Source: Candidatus Methanomethylophilaceae archaeon
GTDB taxonomy: Archaea; Thermoplasmatota; Thermoplasmata; Methanomassiliicoccales; Methanomethylophilaceae
Direction of reading: 5' to 3'
Length of the DNA stretch: 64,000 nucleotides
Assembly: GCA_050950505.1 (NCBI GenBank)
Contig: JBMNHS010000002.1
Span: 64,001 to 128,000, forward strand
The notes beneath the pieces are model-generated. The model did no database searches. It was not told the DNA's origin and worked only from the letters and a program-made list of their open reading frames with translations. This document shows, one piece after another, positions 31,601 to 39,101 of this stretch. Each line of letters starts with the position of its first letter. Position 1 is the stretch's first letter. The position numbers and the translations under genes were made by a program.

Positions 31601-31964
31601 TTGTCAACACTGTGCAATTCTGAAATGCGTTCTTTTCGATAGTCGTAACTTTGCTACCGATGATTAATGATGTCACATTTGAGTTGTTTTTAAAGGCCGA
31701 TTCATCAATTTTGGTCACATTATACGTTATGCTGTTTGATGTGACGGTTGCCGGAATCGTGATTTCGTCCTGATATTCGCCGGAAATCACGGTTGCTTCA
31801 CCGTTTTTCGGAACATTCAAATCATAAATTATCCCGTCAACTTCCACGCCGGAAGGCGCACCTTCCGACAAAGGTACCAATGAAAAACCAGCTGCAATCA
31901 GTAACAGCAAAGCGAATGTCGCCATCACTGTTCTCTTTCCCTTGAAATCACTTCGTGCTTTCAT
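28698..31964 (-). CDS. BspA-like leucine-rich-repeat surface protein/adhesin with InlB-B-like repeats
   Basis: Signal peptide; many L.SITIPDSVT.I...AF..C repeats; GYIFEGWF...YDFSTPVTSDFTLYAKW; C-terminal TM + RRLR. Confidence 0.9.
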   Translation of the reverse strand: MKARSDFKGKRTVMATFALLLLIAAGFSLVPLSEGAPSGVEVDGIIYDLNVPKNGEATVISGEYQDEITIPATVTSNSITYNVTKIDESAFKNNSNVTSLIIGSKVTTIEKNAFQNCTVLTTVTFDAASSLETIREYTFSGCTALDSITLPNSIKTIGNNSFESCSSLGSITIPDSVNKINANAFTNCITLDTVLFGEHSLLKELPSEAFKNCSSLKSITIPNSVTSISRNVFENTGLISIVIPNSVETIGSQLFQNCKSLTEVVFEKTSSLKIISNEAFKDCSSLSLITIPDSVTDINRNAFLGCVELTDVLFETSKLKTIGISAFKDCSSLSSITIPDSVTTIGSDTFSGCSGLTSIEFGESPSLNKLETNLFYNCSLLASITIPDSVTVINNYAFYNCSRLSSITIPDSVTTINKYAFASCSGLTSIIIPDSVTTIGDGVFTSCSNLSSITIPNSVTDFGTAVFNSCPIRTLTITHAKENPTSTILGTSFNWKLPGQNREVTDLVIDAFDLSILTIEGGTGRTITFTENATETTGGSFYDPDGPELTGSDRAVKKYTYDATTGKWLALKHTVSFNAKSDEPVPDGRVFDGGILTEPTEPADFSRYGYIFEGWFLDSGFNNAYDFSTPVTSDFTLYAKWSPAFLNTITSSAGFGGHIDPTDTQVPYDGVIFSFQANAGYRIKDVKVDGVSVDYDVDDDGIGTYTFLKVEESHTIHVEFEAYYVISVNNPGNGSITADDYEPSYGDDVTITITSNEGYTLDALTDNDVNVFASAVETDAGVWTYTISSVESDHDIFVTFTKITYEMTVDWSGEGSVSPDSDFVVEHGNNATFTFWTDEGHCICEVLADGISVDFNIDEDGRGTYTFLNITADHTFEVIFEIMTHNVVLVPGDGYTLVPAEGYSSPVNHKGSFAFVFSLKEGYSESVPVILMNGTEIATVSNGDTVSMILLNIIEDIEITVDGIVANVYTVTVKSDDKTSFVYVLNENDPVEFIAGPGESYYISVPHGSDLTVQAMPDGEELFQWHNTGTGTANGNILIINVTEDVTVSGALQKEPWTARLNTYEFKMAAAGVVLVVPLLIGIRRLRL

Positions 31965-32329
31965 ATTCCATCACCCCGTCGGTACACTTTGCCCATCATC
32001 TCGTTTAATTATGTCGACCAATGAAGTATCATCAAAATAGGCTCTATAAAATGATTTTTCGAAAATTGGGCATAATGTGTTCCTTTAGGATATTCAGGTA
32101 TGTGACACGGTCTTCGATATTAAACAAAAACCGAAGATTTCATCAAATATCCACAATCGGCAAATCATAAAAAATCAAGTTATGCTCAATACATATCCGA
32201 TTGATTTTCTCCGTGATTCAAAAACAGTACATGAGAAAAGACTCAAGAACACGATTTCGGGTCTGAACTGAATAAGTGCAACGGAGTCGCTTCGAAACCT
32301 GGGTCAATCAAAGACAAAATTTACCATTT

Positions 32330-32457
32330 TGCGACAACGGAACCGTGGCGGACATAACCGAATCTTTGGATGAGATGATCGGCAAAGTCGAGGAATCAGG
32401 ATTTGATTTTGACGGTCTCAACAGAATTGCGAAAAGCTGATTATCCGCCGGAAGCAA
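32330..32457. repeat. 128-bp direct repeat, copy 2 (orphan cobQ-2 tail + SAMP end)
   Basis: Matches 28503-28630. Confidence 0.95.
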
Positions 32458-32635
32458 CTCTCATCGCCGTAATTTCCATCCCTTCTTTCAAAACCGTGTC
32501 TGAAGGTATAGGTACGTCGTTTACCAAATACAGGTAGGCATTGGGACGGATGTCCAGAGAACGCAGAGCATCGGCTATCGTGCCGGATGCTTCAACTTCT
32601 GCGGATTTTCCGTTCATGACTATTCTGACGCTCAC
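32441..32635 (-). CDS. Ubiquitin-like sulfur carrier (SAMP/ThiS/MoaD family)
   Basis: 64 aa, C-terminal SGG; GTG start chosen because the longer ORF runs into the adhesin relic. Confidence 0.85.
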   Translation of the reverse strand: MSVRIVMNGKSAEVEASGTIADALRSLDIRPNAYLYLVNDVPIPSDTVLKEGMEITAMRVASGG

Positions 32636-32678
32636 AGTTTCTCTTATACAGACTCTTTGTTGATATTGTTTGTGCCGG

Positions 32679-32914
32679 TTCACCGTTTTTCGGAACATTC
32701 AAATCATAAATTATTCCGTCAACTTCCACGCCGTAAGGCGCACCTTCCGACGAGGGTACCAATGAAAAATCAAAATAGGTCTCTATAAAACGATTTTTCG
32801 AAAATTGGGCACAATACGTCCTTTCAATATCTTCGGGTATTTGACACGGTCTTCGATATTAAACAAAAACCGAAGATTTCATCAAATATCCGCAATCGAT
32901 CAATCGTAAAAAAT
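32679..32914 (-). pseudogene. Relic of the adhesin 5' region and its upstream sequence
   Basis: 32679-32769 matches 31797-31887; 32770-32914 matches about 32032-32175; start codon and most of the signal peptide deleted. Confidence 0.85.
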
Positions 32915-33001
32915 GTCCAATATTCCGTAAGATACGGGTTTCGGTGTATTTTTTATAGGATTGCGGTTGTATGGTTTTACGCACAGAGGCTGTGGCAATC
33001 A

Positions 33002-33613
33002 ATGAACCAAAGCAGGCTGGATGATTATTTTAACGAGGAAATATACGTCCTTGACACGGAAACCACGGGTCTGAAAGGCGCTCCGAAAGATGTAATCGTC
33101 GACATAGCGATATGCAAAGCGGATCTTCACGAAGGCACGGTGGAGCCGGTGTATTCTTCGGTGGTGGGTCATGACACGTCGGAATGGGACGAATACAGAC
33201 GCACCGCCTGGATTTTCGAAAACACGGACATGACCCTCGAGATGGTTGAATCTGCCCCCCCTTTCGAACAGGTCCGTTCCGAAGTATCCGATATCCTCCG
33301 CGGGAAATCCGTGACGTCGTACAACACGGGTTACGACATGGACAAGTTCCTCTATCCCGAACCTTGGAATTTCAAAGATCTGTTCAGACTGCGCAGGGAC
33401 ATCATGGAAGCCGCAATGTATGTCTGCAAATTACCCAGCGAATACTATCGTATGAAATACAGATTTCCCAAACTGGAACACGCTTATTCCGTCATAACCG
33501 AAAACGACCCCGCCGGCATCCACGGAGTTCAGGACCACAGGGCGCTGTCAGACGCCATCGTAGCCTCCCATCTCATGATACAGATGTACCGCGACGGTAC
33601 TTATTCTCCCTGA
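33002..33613 (+). CDS. DEDDh (DnaQ-like) 3'-5' exonuclease
   Basis: ExoI DTETTG, ExoII YNTGYD, ExoIII HRALSD. Confidence 0.9.
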   Translation: MNQSRLDDYFNEEIYVLDTETTGLKGAPKDVIVDIAICKADLHEGTVEPVYSSVVGHDTSEWDEYRRTAWIFENTDMTLEMVESAPPFEQVRSEVSDILRGKSVTSYNTGYDMDKFLYPEPWNFKDLFRLRRDIMEAAMYVCKLPSEYYRMKYRFPKLEHAYSVITENDPAGIHGVQDHRALSDAIVASHLMIQMYRDGTYSP

Positions 33614-36219
33614 GCCTCGACGGCATCCCCGTCTTCTTCCATGCTCTTGCGGACTTCTTCCTTAAGTCTTTTGTCGAACCATCTTTCGGTGTGGTCCGAA
33701 ACGAATTTGAAATATCCTCCGCGCAACACCTTCCGGGTGGTAAAGAACCACACCACGGTCAGAAGTATGATGGGTATGTAGTAAACCGCAGGGAACACCG
33801 CGGTCCACAGGAACGTTATTACCAACGCTTTCGCAAAAGGAACGAAGAATATGAAACAGAAGAGAATCAGCATCAGTATAACCAACCCCGTGGGTCTGAA
33901 ATCCTTCACGACTTTTCCGTCGACGGAGAAGACTTTGTGGATGGGCTGAACCATCAGCAGATTCAGTATTCCCGCCAGCACTATGAAGAAGAACATGGCG
34001 TTGCGGGCGTTGATTTCGGCAATTCCCGTTTCGAAAATGATGCTGTCAATTCCGCTGCCTCTCATATGCAGCACAAACAGGTCTTCGTAAAGAAGTCCCG
34101 CGGATGCGGCCATTCCGTGATAGTCTATGTTGATCAAATCCCCGGTTCCCAGATAGAATATGATGTACACCAGGATTCCGAATATCCCCGTCGTCAATGC
34201 CGTCGGTATCGTGAACCTTATGACTCCCGGCAGAATACGGTCTTTGTTCACGTCGGGTTTCGCCCAAACGGTCATAAGGAACGCGGCCACGGACACGGTC
34301 ATAAGGGCGTAAACGGTATTCTGGATGGGTTGCAAAGTCACACCGTGCAACATCAGCATGGTGAACAGAATCAGAGTGACCAGAGTAAAGTTCCTGGCCA
34401 GGTATATTTTGAGGATGTCCCTCATTCCGGTAACGGTTCTTCTGCCCTCCCTCAGGGCTTTGGGCAGAGCGGAGAAATCGTCGTTGACCAACACCATGTC
34501 CGCCGCGCCTCTCGTCGCGCCGGATCCGCTTTCCAAGGAAATTCCCACCTGTGCGGATTTGATGGCTTTTACGTCGTTCACACCGTCTCCCACCATGGCC
34601 ACGTAACGGTTGTTGATCTTCAGCGTGTCGATGATGGTTTCTTTGTGATCCGGCCTCATTCTTCCGAATATGTTGTAATTGAGAATTACTTCCGTTTTCT
34701 TTTTCTCGTCGAGTTTGTCAAGTTCATCCCCGGAAATGATTTTTCTTTCCCCGGGAATTTCAGCCATGTCAAAGAGAGAATTGACGGTATCCGGATCGTC
34801 CCCGGAAATGACTTTGATGTCTATGTTGTTCTCCATGAACACTTCCATGGTTTCCCTGCAGTCGGGACGGAGTTCGTCCGCAATCGCAATGACGCAGACA
34901 ACGACCAGTTCCCCGGTTATTTTGTAATCTTCGTCAAATCTGTGAGTTCCCAGACTCTTGCACAGGACGATGGTCCTCAGACCTTTTTTTGACATGGATT
35001 TGACAATTCGGGTAACGTAACCCGGATCGTTCACATATTCTCTGAGAACATCCCACGCCCCGAGGTAAAGAGCGGTTTCCTTTTTGTCCTTCTCCACCCT
35101 GACGGCGCTGAATTTTCTCTGAGATGAAAATTGGACTTCCTCTATCAGGTTGCTTTTCTCGGAGCCGTATTTGTAATCCAGAACTTCGATGGTGCGGTTC
35201 CGGCTTCCGGTGGCCCCCACGAACAGGCGCATCAGGTCTTTCGCTTCGTCTTCGTCGATGAAATACACCGCATCCTCAAAGAGAAGGCGGTTGCTTGTTA
35301 TGGTTCCGGTTTTGTCCATGCAGACGGTATCGACATGGCTCATGGATTCCACGGAATTCGATCTCTGGAGAAGCACTCCCGAGTCCGCCATCCGAATGGC
35401 GGCTATCATGTACGTAAGGGTGACCAACAGGAACAGGGCCATGGGGACGATGTCCAGAATGACCGCCGCAGCCTTGACCTCCTGGAGGAATGTGGTGAAC
35501 GTGCCCAGCATCAGTTTGGACACAAAATACAGAAGAAGCATGACCGCGGCAAAGGAAATCAGCAATTTCGTGACCGCGGCGGTTTCCATCTGCAACGGGG
35601 TTTTCTTCCGTTTGTATTTTCTGGCGCTGACCAGCATGTTGGATGCGTAGGTGTCGCCGCCGAGGGCGGTGGTTCTGAACAACGCTTCGCCGGTGACACA
35701 GAAGGAACCGGAGTAAACCAATTCCCCTTCTATTTTCCTTACCGAACTGGATTCCCCGGTAAGAGCGGCCTCGTCCATTTCCAGTGACCGGAGATACAAT
35801 ATCTTGCCGTCGACCAGAACCTGGTCCCCGGCGGTTATCCGGATGATGTCGTCCATGACGATTTCCGACTGATCTATTTCCAGTTCTTTTCCCTCTCTTA
35901 TCACGGTCACTTTCGGTCTCAGGGTTATGGCTATTTTGTCCAATCTCCGTTTAGCCTTGATTTCCTGTACAGTCGAGACCATGATGTTGAGGACTATTAT
36001 TCCGGTTGCCGACAGGGCGCTGTAAAGATCGCCGGCAAGATACAGCAATATGCCGACAACCATGAAAACCAGATAGAACCAATTGAGAAAATTATCTATG
36101 AATATGTCTTTGTAACTGCGGCTTACGGACGACTCGACCGTGTTCACGAGGCCCTTGGCCCTGCGCTCGGCGACCTCGTTTGCACTAAGCCCGCTAATAT
36201 TCACAGAGTCAGAATTCAT
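33601..36219 (-). CDS. P-type ATPase (CtpE-like architecture, atypical TM4)
   Basis: TGES, DKTGT, FSS.RK, SGD, GDGVND; TM4 reads DIVPMAL. Confidence 0.9.
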   Translation of the reverse strand: MNSDSVNISGLSANEVAERRAKGLVNTVESSVSRSYKDIFIDNFLNWFYLVFMVVGILLYLAGDLYSALSATGIIVLNIMVSTVQEIKAKRRLDKIAITLRPKVTVIREGKELEIDQSEIVMDDIIRITAGDQVLVDGKILYLRSLEMDEAALTGESSSVRKIEGELVYSGSFCVTGEALFRTTALGGDTYASNMLVSARKYKRKKTPLQMETAAVTKLLISFAAVMLLLYFVSKLMLGTFTTFLQEVKAAAVILDIVPMALFLLVTLTYMIAAIRMADSGVLLQRSNSVESMSHVDTVCMDKTGTITSNRLLFEDAVYFIDEDEAKDLMRLFVGATGSRNRTIEVLDYKYGSEKSNLIEEVQFSSQRKFSAVRVEKDKKETALYLGAWDVLREYVNDPGYVTRIVKSMSKKGLRTIVLCKSLGTHRFDEDYKITGELVVVCVIAIADELRPDCRETMEVFMENNIDIKVISGDDPDTVNSLFDMAEIPGERKIISGDELDKLDEKKKTEVILNYNIFGRMRPDHKETIIDTLKINNRYVAMVGDGVNDVKAIKSAQVGISLESGSGATRGAADMVLVNDDFSALPKALREGRRTVTGMRDILKIYLARNFTLVTLILFTMLMLHGVTLQPIQNTVYALMTVSVAAFLMTVWAKPDVNKDRILPGVIRFTIPTALTTGIFGILVYIIFYLGTGDLINIDYHGMAASAGLLYEDLFVLHMRGSGIDSIIFETGIAEINARNAMFFFIVLAGILNLLMVQPIHKVFSVDGKVVKDFRPTGLVILMLILFCFIFFVPFAKALVITFLWTAVFPAVYYIPIILLTVVWFFTTRKVLRGGYFKFVSDHTERWFDKRLKEEVRKSMEEDGDAVEAQGE

Positions 36220-39100
36220 TTCCCTTATAAAACTCCTGTACAAGTTCTTCCACGGTTTCAAGAGGAATCGGGTCAAAAACCTCTTTTCCGTTCTCTCCGT
36301 CCAAAGATACGAAATCCAATATGCATTTCACGTCTTTGCCGTAAAAGCCCGAAACCGCGTGGGCGTAAACACTCAATTGGAATTTGTAAGCGTCAAGATT
36401 CCGTTTGCTGCCGTCGGTTTTGTAATCGTGAACTTCCGCCCGGTCGGGATACAGGACCAGAAGGTCCATGATGCCCTTCAGCGTTACGCCGATGTTTTTC
36501 AAAGGGAGTATGCAGGGTATCTCGGAGTAAATGAGATCCGCATCCTTGACGGATTCCAACACTTCCCTGATTATCGGTACCTCGGGAAGTTTTCCCTCCG
36601 GTTCGGAGGGTTCGATTCCTCTCGACATGCTTTCGGCGATATGGTGTATCCTGGTTCCGTATTCCGCGCCCTTTCCCGACATTTCGTCCGAACCCTCGGC
36701 GGGGCTGCCTTCTTCGAAAGGCATGACTTCACTTACGCTCAGCACTTTTTTGCGGGTTTCGAATTCCGCCAAAACGGGAGGTTCGGCGAGAACGGCGTCG
36801 GTGGCTTTGACGGAAGGTTCAAGATACCCCAAGGTTCCGTGGTATTCTTCGTTCGAAAGACCCTTTATGAATCTGGAAGGCTGGTTTCCGCAAATCATGG
36901 TGACATATTGTTTCGCACGGGATATCGCAACGAACAGAGTTCTTCTGTCTTCTCCGAATTCCCGCTCCACAACTTTCCTGACAAGTTCGGATTTCCAGGA
37001 TTTTCCTATCCTTTCAAATCCGTCGACATCGATGATTTCCCTGGAGCATCTGATTCCCTCGGTTTCGTTGAAGGATATGAGGGAAGTATCGCCCCGGTGG
37101 TTGGGGATGACCCCCCGGTTCAGCTGAGGGATGATCACTATCGGATACTCCAGACCTTTGGATTTGTGCATTGTCTGCACCGTCACCGCATCCGCGTCCA
37201 AATCCGCGTCTATGACGTAGGCGTTGTCCTTTTCGATGTCCGTTTCTATTATTCTTATCAGATCGGATATGGTGAGCAACGAAGAACGGTGGGCCGACGA
37301 CAAAGTGGAAATTATTGCCTGGGTTATATCGTTGTTAAGTCCGTAATATGAAAATATCGAAGATACCAGATCGGTGATTCTTCTTTTCTTCCGGCTCAGA
37401 TAATTTGCGGTCTCGACGAGTTCTTCGGGAATTTCCTTGGATCTTATTATGTGTTTTATTTCCCTCATTCCGTAATCCATGTCCGAGAGAATGCCGGTCA
37501 ATCCCCAGGGATTTTCCCGGTTGTTCAGGTATTTGAGCCAGGCCAGCAACAGTTTTCCTTCCCGGGTGGACATTATTTTCACATCCCCCTGAAGGAAGGC
37601 GGGAACCCCCCTTGCCGTGGCTTCTTCGTAGACCTTTCTGCACATATCCCCGTTTTTGCAGATGACCGCGATGTCCCGGTACCTCGGGGTTCTGAGTTCA
37701 TTTCCGTCCAGCACAAGATAATTTCCCGAAACGTAATCCACGATTCTGGAGACGGTTTCCGCTGCCTGGTCTTCGGAAGGCACCTGCACGTACGTCACAT
37801 GGGTGTTGTCTCCGATCGACTTGTTTCCGTCTTCGAGATACACCACGGTTTCGGGTCTGAGATTTACGACTTCGTCCTTGTTTCCCGGAATGCTCAAAAC
37901 CTTGAAGGAAGTGTCTATTACTTCCCGGGAACTGCGGTAGTTCACGCTTAACGATATTCTCTTGGGTTCGGGAATCCTGAAGGGGATTCTTTCGGTGTCG
38001 TCGTTCAGGTATCGGTGCATTTCAACGGCTTTTTTCTCGAAATCGATGATGTTGTCCACCGAGGCGAATCTGAATCCGTAAATTCCCTGTTTCCAATCTC
38101 CGACGACGCAGAGGTTGGGTTCTTTCAGCAACATGAGGGAAATCATCATCTGATTTTCGTTCGTGTCCTGGAATTCGTCAATCATGACGTATTTGCAGGA
38201 CATTCTTTCCCTGACGCTTCTGTTGTCGTAAAGAACCAGAAACGCAAACACCGAAGTCAGTCCGAAGGTCAGACGGTCATCCGAAACGGAACGGCGGATG
38301 AATTCGTAATAAACATCGTGGACGAAGTTCAGAAGTTCGGTTCTGTCGTCGAAGGCGGCGGCATCAAGAAGTTCGGGAGGCAGTTCGGTTTCTCCGGAGG
38401 AATCCGGCAATTCATCCGCATACAAATCTCCGTTTTTGATATTCTCGCCTATGCTTCCGATTTTTTCTTTCCGTTTGCTTTTGTTTCCGTTCATCTCCCC
38501 GAGCAACGAACGGACCCCGTCAACGTCCCCCAAAAGATCTTTGCCGTCGTTTCCTCCGAACCAGCCCCTGCGGAGAGGCACGATGCCTTTCGACATGAGT
38601 TTGCCGATAAGTGCGTACATATCATGAGGAACGGTGCTGGCTATGACGGCAACGTCTCCGTAATCTTCTCCCCGTTCCTCGTTGAACTCATCGAAGAAAT
38701 CGCTGAAGTACTCACGGTTGAGGGTTTCGTTTTCGATAAGAACGGCCCCTCTTGTGAGACGTTCTTCCATTCCGAGAAAAGAACTGACTTCCTCCGGGGA
38801 TTCTTTGACTATGGAATAACAGAACGAATCAAAGGTTCCGGCCTGAATCAGCCCGGTGTCTTTGTCCAAATCTTTTCCCGAAAGAATTTCTCTTATCCGT
38901 TCTTCCATTTCCGCGGCGGCGTTCCGGGTGAAGGTCAGCAGAAGTATGTCCTTTGCCTCAACCTCGGGTTTGCTGAGAATGTTCACGTACCGGTTGACGA
39001 TTGTGAAGGTTTTTCCGGTGCCGGGGCCCGCGTCCACAACGTAGAATCCGTCAAGATTTTCTGAAATCGCTTTCTGACCCGGATTCGGTTCACGGCTCAT
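36209..39100 (-). CDS. UvrD/SF1A helicase with C-terminal PD-(D/E)xK nuclease (AddA/AdnB-like)
   Basis: AGPGTGKT, LTFTRNAA, DEFQD, GDWKQ.IY.FR, NYRS, TMHKSKGLE, VAISRAK; G..IH..E..D..DYKT. Confidence 0.9.
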   Translation of the reverse strand: MSREPNPGQKAISENLDGFYVVDAGPGTGKTFTIVNRYVNILSKPEVEAKDILLLTFTRNAAAEMEERIREILSGKDLDKDTGLIQAGTFDSFCYSIVKESPEEVSSFLGMEERLTRGAVLIENETLNREYFSDFFDEFNEERGEDYGDVAVIASTVPHDMYALIGKLMSKGIVPLRRGWFGGNDGKDLLGDVDGVRSLLGEMNGNKSKRKEKIGSIGENIKNGDLYADELPDSSGETELPPELLDAAAFDDRTELLNFVHDVYYEFIRRSVSDDRLTFGLTSVFAFLVLYDNRSVRERMSCKYVMIDEFQDTNENQMMISLMLLKEPNLCVVGDWKQGIYGFRFASVDNIIDFEKKAVEMHRYLNDDTERIPFRIPEPKRISLSVNYRSSREVIDTSFKVLSIPGNKDEVVNLRPETVVYLEDGNKSIGDNTHVTYVQVPSEDQAAETVSRIVDYVSGNYLVLDGNELRTPRYRDIAVICKNGDMCRKVYEEATARGVPAFLQGDVKIMSTREGKLLLAWLKYLNNRENPWGLTGILSDMDYGMREIKHIIRSKEIPEELVETANYLSRKKRRITDLVSSIFSYYGLNNDITQAIISTLSSAHRSSLLTISDLIRIIETDIEKDNAYVIDADLDADAVTVQTMHKSKGLEYPIVIIPQLNRGVIPNHRGDTSLISFNETEGIRCSREIIDVDGFERIGKSWKSELVRKVVEREFGEDRRTLFVAISRAKQYVTMICGNQPSRFIKGLSNEEYHGTLGYLEPSVKATDAVLAEPPVLAEFETRKKVLSVSEVMPFEEGSPAEGSDEMSGKGAEYGTRIHHIAESMSRGIEPSEPEGKLPEVPIIREVLESVKDADLIYSEIPCILPLKNIGVTLKGIMDLLVLYPDRAEVHDYKTDGSKRNLDAYKFQLSVYAHAVSGFYGKDVKCILDFVSLDGENGKEVFDPIPLETVEELVQEFYKGNEF

Positions 39101-39101
39101 T

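Noticed and set aside
28503-32457. Integrative element bounded by attL/attR
   Set aside because: No integrase inside, and the extra adhesin and SAMP relics fit tandem duplication with deletions better
33364-34992. Long antisense ORFs (also 53812-55470, 20492-21769, 5701-6945, 36140-37351)
   Set aside because: They mirror well-supported genes on the opposite strand and have no recognisable motifs
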